Source: Octopus vulgaris
Taxonomy: Eukaryota
Assembly (NCBI GenBank): GCA_951406725.2
Contig: OX597843.1
Coordinates: 3,410,001-3,474,000, forward strand
DNA: 64,000 bases
Direction of reading: 5' to 3'
Made by a program: the position numbers and the translations under genes. Positions 39,195 through 64,000 of the stretch are shown in pieces. The notes under the pieces are model-generated. The model was not told where the DNA came from. It did not search any database and saw nothing but the letters and a program-made list of their open reading frames with translations. How positions within the stretch are numbered: the stretch's first letter is position 1; each line of letters begins with the position of its first letter.

Positions 39195-40149
39195 AAAAAA
39201 AGTTACGAAGGATTATATGGGGTACTTAAACTAAATATAAGTACACTGTCACAAACCTATTTCTTTATTACCCACAAGGGGCTAAACACAGAGGGGACAA
39301 ACAAGGACAGACAAACGGATTAAGTCGATTATATCGACTCCAGTGCGTAACTGGTACTTAATTTATAATAAATAAATTTGGGAGAAAATGAGGGGGGGTC
39401 TTTCCTAGCCTGCTGTCAATGAATAAATACTGTAGGGACCACATCCTTTATATATATATACAAAAGATCTTTGGTTTAAATAAACATTAACCATATCTTT
39501 TTCTTGGTTTCTGCCAAAACCGGGGTCATGCTGGAGCAATTACCTTACATAGACACACACAGTTTCAACACGATCTCTGATTCAAATAATTTGTCATGCA
39601 AGTACCCCGAAAGTATTTGTGTGTAGCAGTAATAGTACATACATACACATATATATATATATATATGTCAGTTTACAAACTCACCAAGTTTGCTTAAGCA
39701 GATTGTCCCCTCTGTGTTTAGCCCCTTGTGGGTAATAAAGAAATAGGTTTGTGACAGTGTACTTATATTTAGTTTAAGTACCCCATATAATCCTTCGTAA
39801 CTTTCGGTGTGGTTCTGGGTTCTACTATAGCCTTGTGAGTGGATTTGGTAGACGGAAACTGAAAGAAGCCTGTCGTATATATATATATCATCATCATCAT
39901 TTAGCGTTCGCTTTCCATGCTAGCATGGGTTGGGCGGTTCAACTGGGGTCTGTGAAGCTGGAAGGCTGCATCAGGCCCAGTCTGATCTGGCATTAAACTT
40001 AAATGTTGAAGTGAATCGAACTGTTTTTGTGTGTTTCTTAAATGGCTTACAAACACCTTCCACGCTGCAATATACTTATTTATAGGAAGCAAACTTGATG
40101 AGTTTGTAAACTGACATATATATATAAATATATATATATATGTATATGT

Positions 40150-40221
40150 AGCAGAGTGGCGCAGTGGAAGCGTGCTGGGCCCATAACCCAGAGGTCCGTA
40201 GATCGAAACTACGCTCTGCTA
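40150..40221 (+). tRNA. Initiator tRNA-Met (CAT)
   Basis: AGCAGAGTGGCGCAGTGGAAGCGTGCTGGGCCCATAACCCAGAGGTCCGTAGATCGAAACTACGCTCTGCTA has the A1-U72 pair, three G-C pairs in the anticodon stem and T-loop AUCGAAA (A54/A60). All stems pair. Confidence 0.95.
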
Positions 40222-40228
40222 ACGGTAA

Positions 40229-40236
40229 TTTTTTTT
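40229..40236 (+). terminator. Pol III terminator T8
   Basis: T-run 7 nt after the tRNA discriminator base. Confidence 0.7.
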
Positions 40237-40833
40237 GCCCGACCCCGCCTTGAATACTGCTGTCCACTGTGGTCTCCCTACACAAAACAAAATATTATGA
40301 GAATTGAAGCCCCCAAAGGTCAATCACAAAAAAGATAGATGGCATGTTAGACCTTGACTACTGGGGTAGACTAGAGAAGCTGAAATTGTATTCACTACAA
40401 CGACGCCGTGAACGCTACATTATCTGTATGATGTGGAAAATATTTCCATCAGGACTGTCCGAATGATGTTGGCATCACCTTCAAAATACATCCAAGGCTT
40501 GGACCACGTGCCATCCGTCCACAACAAAAATCTAAATCGCATCACATAACGACAATACGGCACAACTATTTCACCTCGATTGGACCCGGCTCTCTTCAAC
40601 ATTACACCAGGACACGTCAAATCTGAAACTGACCACACAAAATTCAAGAAGTCTTTGGACAAATTCCTTCAAACAGTTCCAGACAATCCACCCACACCCG
40701 GATATGTCTCCGCAAACAATAACTCTCTGCTCGAATGGGCCTTGGTGCCCAAATCCTGAATTGAAAGACTTCGCCAGGTGGTGCTATTAAGTTAGACATG
40801 GCCTGGGCCAATACTGGCCAAAACCTTTCTAAG
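40231..40833 (+). mobile_element. CR1-clade LINE, 5'-truncated
   Basis: FARPRLEYCCPLWSPY...LDYWGRLEKLKLYSLQRRRERYII... then a short 3' UTR ending at (TA)n. Confidence 0.85.
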
Positions 40834-40888
<55 letters not shown>

Positions 40889-41600
40889 GGTCCCGGGTTG
40901 AGTCGGGGTTAACCACAGTAAATAAGGTACTCAATACATAGCAGAGTAAATTAATATATGTGTGTGTGTATGTATGTACTATTACTGCTACACACAAATA
41001 CTTTCGGGTACTTGCATGACAAATTATTTGAATCAGAGATCGTGTTGAAACCGTGTGTGTGTGTATGTAAGGTAATGCTCCAGCATGACCCCAGTTTTGG
41101 CAGAAACCAAGAAAAAAATATGGTTAATGTTTACTTAAACCAAAGATTTCTTTGTATATATATAAAGGATGTGGTCCCTACAGTATTTATTCATTGATAG
41201 CAGGCTAGGAAAGACTGTCCCAAATTTATTTATTAAAAAATTTGGATCTTTTCGGTTTGAACGGCAGTTTTTTTCTAGCGAGTGACTTGATCTGAGATGC
41301 AGCACGAAGTTTTGTCAGTGAACAGGTCGCGGTCTCAAAGCAACGAAAATATTTTGGCAAATTAAATTTAAATGTTGAAGTGAATCTAACGGCTTTTGTG
41401 TTTCTTAAATGGCTTATAAACACCTTCAACGCTGCAACTGTATATATATATATATAATTAATTAAGGGTAGAAATTGATATTTATCAATTAAAACCAGTG
41501 GTCTAGCATGATTTGAGAACATAATCTTTTGTGGAGAATGGCGATTTGACGTCTATATCTAGCATGTTGACTGTCCACTTTTCGTGTTCAGTCCTTAATT

Positions 41601-41650
<50 letters not shown>

Positions 41651-41653
<3 letters not shown>

Positions 41654-41858
41654 CGAGTGACTTGATCTGAGATGGAGCACGGATTCTTTGTCAGTGAACA
41701 GGTCGCGATCTTAAAGCAACGAAATATTTTGGCAAATTAAACTTAAATGTTGAAGTGAATCGAACGGCTTTTGTGTGTTTCTTAAATGGCTTACAAACAC
41801 CTTCCACGCTGCAATTGTATTCGTTTCAGCACACGATCTCAGATCAAATCACTTGCTA
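41651..41858. mobile_element. Tc1/mariner-type MITE
   Basis: TIR TAGCGAGTGACTTGATCTGAGAT / ATCTCAGATCAAATCACTTGCTA at TA. Partial copies at 41276-41440 and 39993-40070. Confidence 0.65.
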
Positions 41859-42362
41859 TGCAAGTACATCTCAGTATATATATATATATTAAACTACTCT
41901 TTCACTTATTTAAACTCTTTGCTTGTTTGTGAATACGTTTCTTTCCCAAAACAAAAAACAATCTAATAGTATGTGTGTGTGTAATACTAACACTTCAACA
42001 TTATATATATATATATATGTATTGGAAGGTTTGGAGATGATGTACAGGTATTATATATTAGAAGAAATGATCTAAGTGATATGATATATATATAAAAAAT
42101 GTAATATATAAATAAATATCTGTAAATATAAACCATCCGAACTTCTGATTACCTCATTTCTTCTAATATATATATATATATGTATATAGACGAAAGATCG
42201 CCATATACGCGTGTGTATGTGTTTGGTAACACACACGGTAAAATAAATTCAGAAACATGGGTATATATATTTATTTTAATAACCGGCAGAAGCTACTGAT
42301 TGACTAATTTCTACCCTAATTTAATTATCAACGAAACCAGATTTAAGCAGAGAAATACTTAC

Positions 42363-42635
42363 GGCAAGTTGGTTATGTAACTTAAGGGTTGACAAACCAT
42401 ATAAAAGCCTCCCGTTAGCACATGGTTCACTGTTCCTACCCTCACTTCTACCCTTTTCCACTCTTGATTGCTCAAACAAGGGTTGTCAACTTGTTTACTA
42501 AATATCCACGTTACGTAAGCACATGGCTGGTTTCCCGCGGTAGTCTCGAACCAAAGCAAATAGTTTCGTATCAAGCGATTCTCGCTCCTCGTTCTAATGG
42601 CAAAATTTAACATTTTGTTTTTTTTACATAATCTG
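42363..42635 (-). promoter_or_regulatory. Candidate XPC promoter / non-coding exon 1
   Basis: Consensus donor GCC|GTAAGT at 42357-42362. E2F-like TTTCCCGC at 42531-42538, D-box-like sites at 42372-42381, 42510-42519 and 42623-42632, forkhead TGTTTAC at 42492-42498. The XPC ATG exon begins at an acceptor, so an upstream exon is needed. Confidence 0.55.
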
Positions 42636-42658
42636 TAAATTTAACATTTACAGACAAT

Positions 42659-43274
42659 GGATCTTTTCGGTTTGAACGGCAGCTTTTAACATAATTTCTA
42701 CGTAACTAAACACTTTAAAACTTCGTATACTGGTAGAATGTGTTTATAAAACATCTTTTTCTCTTGGCTTTATTCAGAAAATTCTATAGTTTGTAAGATA
42801 TTTGTGGGGTTTTACCTTCAATTTCTGCAATTTCAACCAATCAATGACGTCTATTAGCAAAGATAAATAAAAAGATACCCTTCCCCCACCCCTAACTAAC
42901 CCTAACCCTAAAACAGTTTGTAACTAAACACTTTTAAACTTCGTATCCTGGTAGAATGTGTTTATAAAACATCTTTTTCTCTTGGCTTTATTGAGAAAAT
43001 TCTATAGTTTGTAAGATATTTGTTGGTTTTGCATTTCGGCAATTTCAACCAATCAATGACGTCTATTGAGGTGAAAAACATTCTGTGTCGTATGAATATG
43101 TCCCTCGTTTAAGAAACAGATTGGGTTTATTTACATTTGTGAAGAAAAAAAGATACCCTTCCCCCCACCCTAAAACAGATCGAAATGCAATAGATCGATA
43201 CTAGGGTCATAATTATGGGTGACAATTTCATATGACACCGCTAGAAAAAACTGCCGTTCAAACCGAAAAGATCC
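42659..43274. mobile_element. Merlin-like MITE with internal duplication
   Basis: TIR GGATCTTTTCGGTTTGAACGGCAG, TSD CAGACAAT/CAGATAAT. Confidence 0.82.
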
Positions 43275-43438
43275 CAGATAATATTTACAGGGAGCCCTCT
43301 CAAACCATTTCAGGTGTCTTTGGAATCTACCCATCAGGCCAGATAATACCTGTGATAAAAAAAAATATGCGACATAAGTACACAATCGTGCCCCATCAAC
43401 TGCGTTTCCTCGTTGCTTTCGAAAAGAATGAATATATA

Positions 43439-43743
43439 GGCGCAGGAGTGGCTGTGTGGTAACTAGCTTGCTTACCAACCGCATGGTCCCGGGTTCAATC
43501 CCACTGCGGCCGATCAAAGCCTTGTGAATGGATTTGGTTGACGGAAACTGAAAGAAGCCTGTTGTATATATATATATATATGCAGGAGTGGCTGTGTGGT
43601 AAGTAGCTTGCTTACCAACCACATGGTTCTGGGTTCAGTCCCACTGCGTGCCACCTTGGGCAAGTGTCTTCTACTATAGCCTTGGGCCGACCAAAGCCTT
43701 GTGAGTGGATTTGGTAGACGGAAACTGAAAGAAGCCTGTCGTA

Positions 43744-43787
<44 letters not shown>

Positions 43788-44162
43788 CGCAGGAGTGGCT
43801 GTGTGTAAGTAGCTTGCTTACCAACCACATGGTTCCGGGTTCAGTCCCACTGCGTGCCACCTTGGCCAAGTGTCTTCTACTACAGCCTCGGGCCGACCAA
43901 AGCCTTGTGAGTGGATTTGGTAGACAGAAACTGAAGGAAGCCCGTCGTATATGTGTATGTATGTATTGTATGTGTGTCTGTATGTGTGTGTATATGTTTG
44001 TCCCCCCCAACATCGCTTGACAACCGATGCTGGTGTGTTTACGACCCCCGTAACTTAGCAGTTCGGCAAAAGACACCAATAGAATAAGTACTAAGCTTGC
44101 AAAGAATATGTCCTGGGGTCGATTTGCTCAACTAAACGCGGTGCTCCAGCATGGCCGCAGTC
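43439..44162 (+). mobile_element. Three tandem SINE family A heads, last one near full length
   Basis: GGCGCAGGAGTGGCTGTGTGG (A box) ...GGTTCAGTCCC (B box), separated by (TA)n. Confidence 0.85.
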
Positions 44163-44542
44163 TTTGTGTGTGTATCAATATATATATATATGTACTCTTT
44201 TACTTGTTTCAGTCATTTGACTGCAGCCATGCTGGAGCACCGCCTTTATAGTCGAGCAAATCGACCACGGGACTTATTCTTTGTAAGCCCAGTACTTATT
44301 CTATCAGTTTTTTTGCCGAACTGCTAAGTTACGGGGATGTAAACCCACCATCATCGGTTGTCAAGCGATGTCGGGGGGACAAACACAGACACACACATAT
44401 ATATATTTATATATATATAAATATATAGCCGTAGAAACACTGCCAGATAAGACTGGGCCTGATGCAGCCTTCTGGCTTCCCAGACCCCAGTTGAACCGTC
44501 CAACCCATGCTAGCATGGAAAGCGGACGCTAAATGATGATGA

Positions 44543-44578
<36 letters not shown>

Positions 44579-45877
44579 GACAGGCTTCTTTCAGTTTCCG
44601 TCTACCAAATCCACTCACAAGGCTTTGGTCAGTCCAAGGCTATAGTAGAAGACAAGTGCCGAAGGTGCCACGCAGTGGGACCGAACCCGGAACCATGTGG
44701 CACCTTGGACCAACCAAGCCTTGCGAGTGGATTTGGTAGATGGAAACTGTGCATGCATGTGTGTGTGTGTGCGTATATAGACGTGTGTGGGTATGTGCGT
44801 ATATAAACAAGGTTTACTCTTTGTATACTTCCTTATGCCTTTTTTCTGTATTGTTACCCGTAACCCTGTTTTTTCCTGTGTTTGTGCACATGTAGAAGTA
44901 TGTATGAACTTTTACGGTGCGCGTATACTCTTTTACTTGTTTCAGTCATTTCACTGCGGTCATGCTGGAGCACCACCTCTAGTCGAGCAAATCGACCCCG
45001 GGACTCACTCCCTGCAAGCCCAGCACTTACGCTATCGGTCTCTTTTGCCGAACCGCTAAGTAACAGGGACATAAACACACCAGCATCGGTTGTCAAGCAA
45101 TGCTAGGGAGACAAACACACACAAACATATATATATATATACGACAGGCTTCTTTCAGTTTCCGTCTACCAAATCCACTCACAAGGCATTGGTCGGCCCG
45201 AGGCTATAGCAGAAGACACTTGCCCAAGGTGCCACGCAGTGGGACTGAACCCAGAACCATGTGGTTGGGAAGCAAGCTACTTACCACACAGCCACTCCTG
45301 CGTGGATGCGAGTGAAGATGTGTACTTTTTTTCAAGTGAGGGTGGATGAATGTATGCATAACCATGTGTAGGTATGAACAGGCGTGCTTACACAAGTACT
45401 ATGAACTTTTTACCCCCTTACCTTAATTAGTGGTCTTCGAACAGCTCTTTTGTCTAAATAGTGGTTAATAACACAGTAATTACCCTTTGTGTAACGGTCA
45501 TTTTTCCAATAGCCGGATAACCGAAGAGATGGCAGCGTGGGCTTTCGCCCCAAACATCTGAAACTTGGGGTTATGTCATGGCTACCGAATAATTATCACA
45601 TATTATATTTACAGATAAATTCTTCTATTTACATAATATCGAGGTCTCTTTCATTTTTTTGTTGTCTTACCATTTCTATCAAATATATATATGTATATAT
45701 ATATATATATAAGTATTTGAGTAGTTGAATGAATTATCTTATTAAGGATAATTCGAAAGATAACCGATACCTGGGTAGCAAATTCACATCAGAAAGAACA
45801 CGGTTGAAGCTACGTCCCTAGGGCATAGACTGCGTGTATTCGTGCGGAAATTTTGTTTATTTTCGTAAACCTCCCCG

Positions 45878-45928
<51 letters not shown>

Positions 45929-46489
45929 CATACATATATATATACATACATACATATATATATACATACATACATATATATATATACACATATATATATA
46001 TATATGAAAGTATACCTTTTTTAAAATAAAAAAACAACAACATAGGGTGTATTTGAGGGTTATTTGGCTGTTATTTCAGTTTGACTGACTGAGCAGAGGC
46101 TTCCTCATTAAATTTCAAATTGAGAGAGAGAGGGATAAGGAGAGAGTAAAAACAAAAAATCCAAAAACTTGTTTTCTTGACACTTTTATTCATGTTAAAT
46201 ATTTACATATATATATATACACACACACATATACATAACATAGCTTTATACATACACAATCCTTATATATTTCATCGGAAATACATTCACATTTTATTTT
46301 GCTATGCATATATATATACACATATATACATATACATACACAACCATATACATACATACTTTTCATACTTTCAATTAACATTAGTATATATATACATATA
46401 TATATATATTTACCACACACACACACACACACACGAACATAACTGCATATCATTATATAAACATGCATTACAAAACTTATGCGATATAT

Positions 46490-46521
<32 letters not shown>

Positions 46522-46612
46522 TACATAGTGATGAGCAAGTAGAATATACATAGTACGGCTACCTCTAAGAGAGAGAGACAGAGAGAGTTCAATAAATTTA
46601 TAGAAGGAAGAT

Positions 46613-46776
46613 GATGTGGTGAGGTACAGCAGGGTACCTCGCAGAGATATGGTGAGGTACTGCAGGGTACCTCGCAGTGATATGGTGAGGTACTGTGGGA
46701 TACCTCGCAGTGATGTGGTGAGGTACTGCAGGGTACCTCGCAGTGATATGGTGAGGTACTGCAGGGTACCTCGCAG
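46613..46776. repeat. Minisatellite, 5 x 33 bp with internal hairpin
   Basis: GAGGTAC at 46621, 46654, 46687, 46720 and 46753, each followed by (G)TACCTC. Confidence 0.95.
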
Positions 46777-47975
46777 GAATGGGTAATTACATTGTGGATG
46801 CGAATTTTTCCAGAAGGTGAAGGTTTGGAAAAGACAAAAAAAAAAAAATAGTGGTAGTGGTAGTATTTATGGAGAGTAAATCTGACCCCAGGAGGGGAGG
46901 TGGAGTGAAGAATGTGATGGTGTGGCGGTCAGTGTTATTTTTTTTTTTATAGGGCTTGTTTGATTTATTAAGGTCCATGTTGCTCTAGTTCACTCAACTG
47001 GCAAAAATGCACCCGAAATTCAAAGGGGCCAGCCTTGGTCACGCACTGTGCCATGCTGGAGCACCGCCTTTAGTCGAGCAGATCAACCCCCCAGGACTTA
47101 TTCTTTGTAAGCCTAGTACTTATTCTATCGGTCTCTTTTGCCGAACCGCTAAGTTACGGGGACATGAACACACCACCATCGGTTGTCAAGCGATGTTGGG
47201 GGGACAAACATATACACACACATACATACATACTTACATACATATATTTGTATATATATATGTATGTATGTATGTATATATATGTATCTTCACAGGTTCA
47301 ACAGCGGTTTTAACCTGGGGAAATCTGTAACCATAGCAACTGTAAACAGTGGGGAACTGCTAAGCTATGGGGATGTAAACACACCAACACTGGTTGATGT
47401 GTTTTTTTTTAGACGAATGAATCGGGGGGCCCCAGGACATTTTTACTTCAAGCCTGTATCTTCACAGGTTTAACAGTGGTTTTAACCCGGGGAAATCTGT
47501 AACCATAGCAACTGTGAACAGTGGGGAACAAATAAACATTTTTACAAGAATATGGGGCAGGATGGAGGAAGACAGAGCAAGGGACACCAGGAATTATATT
47601 TACTGATATTAATACAGAAAGATGTATGGATTACAGCTGTGAAACCTGGACCCTATATTGTTGGGACACCCAAAAATCAAAATGCTTTCATCAACAAAAC
47701 CTTTGTTCAATCTTTTCTTTTCTACTCTAGGCACAAGACCCGAAAATTTTTTTGAGGGTGGTAGAGAGAGACAGTTGATTAGATCAACCTGCAGTACACA
47801 ACGGATACTTAATTTATTAACCCCCGAAGGGGGTGAACAGCAAAGTTGACCTCGGCAGGATTTGAACTCAGAACGTAAAGACAGACAAAACAAAAACTAC
47901 CGCTCGGCATTTCGCTCAGCCAGCGTGCTAACGTTTCTGCCAGCTTGCCGCCTTAGCTTTCTTCAATCTTGTGCA

Positions 47976-48600
47976 TCAAATGGGGACACCGTGACCTGTG
48001 ACAAAGTTGATCCGAATCAACGGAACAGCCTGCTCGTGAAATTAACGTGTAAGTGGCTGAGCACTCCACAGACACGTGTACCCTTAAACGTAGTTCTCGG
48101 GGATATTCAGCGTGACACAGAGAGTGACAAGGCCGGCCCTTTGAAATACAGGTACAACAGAAACAGGAAGTAAGAGTGAGAGAAAGTTGTGGTGAAAGAG
48201 TACAGCAGGGATCACCACCATCCCTTGCCGGAGTCTCGTGGAGCTTTAGGTGTTTTCGCTCAATAAACACTCACAACGCCCGGTCTGGGAGTCGAAACCA
48301 CGATCCTACGACTGCGAGTCTGCTGCCCTAACCACTGGGTCATCTCGGGGATATTCAGTGTGACACAGAGTGTGACAAGGCCGGCCCTTGAAATACAGGT
48401 ACAACAGAAACAGGAAGTAAGAGTGAGAGAAAGTTGTGGTGAAAGAGTACAGCAGGGATCACCACCATCCCCTGCCGGAGCCTCGTGCAGCTTTTAGGTG
48501 TTTTCGCTCAATAAACACTCACAACGCCCGGTCTGGGAATCGAAACCGCGATCCTATGACCGCGAGTCCGCTGCCCTAACCACTGGGCCATTGCGCCTCC
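47976..48600 (-). mobile_element. Two tandem SINE family C copies
   Basis: Reverse complement of the GGAGGCGCAATGGCCCAGTGGTTAGG head, with a different 3' tail from the 51580 copy. Confidence 0.8.
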
Positions 48601-48901
48601 ACATATATACATTATTTGTCTTTTGTCAATTTATGTTTGGAATATAATTTGACGAAGTTTTTTTCCAAATTTTTGACTGTTTTCAAAAAGAGCAGAGACG
48701 CATTCAGGTAGAGAAGTTGCTTAAAAAGACGATCACAAAAAAGGGTCAACCAGAATTATTCTAGCTGTTATGGTGCTGCCTCCCACCAAAAAGGGGTCGG
48801 CCAAGGACCTGGAATTCTCACCCCACCTCTCGCCATTACATTCACAGCAACAATAAAAAAAACTCGAGGCTCCTTTACCGCCAGGTCACCCATAAACAAG
48901 C

Positions 48902-49330
48902 CAGCCTATGATCACTGGCATTCCAACCATGACCATCCTGTTTTCTTCAGTAGGTGAACAGCTGTAGTATCTAAGATATATATTTCCTCTTTTTAATAAA
49001 GTGGAGTGTGATTCGAGCAAGACTTAGCTGCTATTTCTAGCAACTCAAGTCATCACATAGAGGCTCCTTCTATCCTTCTTTATTTGAGACAGTAAAATAG
49101 GATCAGCTTTGAGGGCAGCCTATGATCACTGGCATTCCAACCATGACCATCCTGTTTTCTTCACTAGGTGAACAGCTGTGGTATCTAAGATATATACTTC
49201 CTCTTTTTAATAAAGTGGAGTGTCATTTGAGCAAGACTTAGCTGCTATTTCTAGCAGCTCAAGCCATCACATAGAGGCTCCTTCTATCCTTCTTCATTTG
49301 AGACAGTAAAATAGGATCAGCTTTGAGGGA
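48902..49330. repeat. Direct tandem duplication of 214 bp
   Basis: CAGCCTATGATCACTGGC at 48902 and 49116. Confidence 0.9.
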
Positions 49331-49633
49331 GATTTAGCTTTATTTCTAGCAGGCCAAGCGACCACATATAGGCTCCCTGTACTCTATAACTTGAGGTGAC
49401 AGGATGAGGGAGATTTGGCTGCTAGATCAAGAGAGTTGGGTGAGAAGGTCCCACTAACCAGTTTGTTAAAAATGTGGGAGACAAGAGAACAAAAATTCGG
49501 GTCCAGATGTGTGTGGGGACCCTCTCACTTCTGCCCATATAATAAAGGGTCTTTTTTTTTCTCCAGTTAAGATTTCATCTTGAAAATCCATCAAGAAAAC
49601 AGCGAAGGATTCAGAAATGCATATCAGCTAATG

Positions 49634-62489
<12,856 letters not shown>

Positions 62490-62539
62490 CTGTTTCAGAA
62501 AACAACAGATTCAGCCGGTCAGACTGGTGCATGCACACA

Positions 62540-62567
62540 GGTGTGTGTGTGTATATGTATGTATGTA

Positions 62568-62608
<41 letters not shown>

Positions 62609-62732
62609 CACCGTGATCACGCTATCAGATGTTGCTACACATCGCTGGTCACAATGCACTTCGCATTGTTTTAGCCTTAGATGACGCCACCCCGAAGGTG
62701 TGTGTGTGTGTATGTATACATGTATGTGCATA

Positions 62733-62780
<48 letters not shown>

Positions 62781-62905
62781 ACTGTGATCACGCTATCAGA
62801 TGTTGCTACACATCGCTGGTCACAATGCGCTTCGCATTGTTTTAGCCTTAGATGATGCCACCCCGAAGGTGTGTGTGTGTGTGTATGTATACATGTATGT
62901 GCATA

Positions 62906-62940
<35 letters not shown>

Positions 62941-63078
62941 CACCGTGATCACGCTATCAGATGTTGCTACACATCGCTGGTCACAATGCACTTCGCATTG
63001 TTTTAGCCTTAGATGACGCCACCCCGAAGGTGTGTGTATGTATACATGTATGTGCATATGTGTGTGTGTGTATATATA
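62540..63078. repeat. Three tandem ~165-bp units of SINE-C tail plus microsatellite
   Basis: CA(C/T)..TGATCACGCTATCAGATGTTGCTAC at ~62609, ~62780 and 62941. Confidence 0.9.
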
Positions 63079-63379
63079 GTTTGTATAAATAAGGATAAGA
63101 TTGTTAATGTAAAAACAAAATAACGATTTTATCAAGTGGTCAGCATGGAAAAAAAGAACCTTCAAAGGTAATAATTATTAAAATTCTCAGCTGAGATTAG
63201 CACGATACAGTATGTGACAGAGTTACATCTGTGAATTACAGGTTCAATCGATGTGAGAGGCTTCTGCTCACGAGTCCTGTATTGCCCGGAGACCACAGAG
63301 AAAATGATATTTGCTCGAGGTACCACAGCAGGATTGAACCAGAAGCCTTTGTAACTGCAAAGTGAGTTCTAAACCATTC

Positions 63380-63966
63380 CCTGAGAATCATGTTAACAGT
63401 ATATGTGTTTGTGGAATACTCTGCCATTTTTATTGGTAGCTAGTTGAGTTGATCAAATATCTGAAAACTTATGGGCAGAAATTCTGGCGAAGATCCATTA
63501 TTATTAATACTAGGTCCTTATCTGTTGTATCACTGCCCGAAAAACTATTTCTTAATCACGCACGTAGACTGTGATATAGTGAAAGTCTTGTTAGTTACTA
63601 TGGTGGAAACACTACCTGTTTGTCTATCTTTCTCTGATGATGGTGATTTCGAATTTTGGCACATGGCCCGCAAATTTGGGAGGAGGGAGTAAGTCGATTA
63701 CATCTATCCTCGAGCTCAACTGGTACCTATTTTGCTCGAGGTCAGTACATGTGTTTGTGAAATACTCTGCTATTTTTATTGGTAGCTAGTTGAGTCGAAA
63801 ACTTATGGGCAGAAATTCTGGCGAAGATCCATTATTATTTATACTAGGTCCTTATCTGTTGTATCACTGCCTGTAAAACTATTTCTTAATCATGCACATA
63901 CGCTGTGATATAGTGAAAGTCTTGTTAGTTACTATGGTTGCAACACTACCTGTTTGTCTATCTTTC
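63380..63966. repeat. Direct duplication of ~240 bp
   Basis: GAAAACTTATGGGCAGAAATTCTGGCG at ~63463 and ~63797. Confidence 0.85.
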
Positions 63967-64000
63967 ACACACACACACACACACACACTCACTCTCTTTC

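Noticed and set aside
46613-46776. Palindromic repeats resembling CRISPR direct repeats
   Set aside because: The intervening sequence is near-identical, so there are no spacers. It is a minisatellite.

Overview
Eukaryotic, AT-rich DNA dense in microsatellites and SINEs. The repeat families, intron style and C2H2 gene suggest an octopus (inferred, not proven). Three protein-coding genes lie in tandem on the minus strand: (1) the 5' end of a C2H2 zinc-finger gene (coding start at 286, candidate non-coding first exon and promoter near 14.3-14.8 kb); (2) a complete XPC/Rad4 DNA-repair gene (21 phase-consistent coding exons, 17510-34905, 1152 aa, candidate promoter near 42.4-42.6 kb); (3) the last 9 coding exons of SFSWAP (49634-62489). 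An intact initiator tRNA-Met lies at 40150-40221. Introns contain three tRNA-type SINE families, RTE, CR1 and Penelope retroelement pieces, Merlin-like, piggyBac-like and Tc1/mariner MITEs, and Helitrons. Most notable: the tRNA-iMet is fused through its T-run to a 5'-truncated CR1 inside a (TA)n tract, with an apparent empty site kept in a nearby inverted duplicate. Two sense-strand hammerhead ribozyme motifs sit in the last SFSWAP intron. A D-box/E2F cluster marks the candidate XPC promoter. An unexplained CpG-rich structured 345-bp insert sits in an RTE tail, and a minisatellite multiplies 5' splice sites beside an SFSWAP exon. All coordinates were read by eye and no database searches were run.
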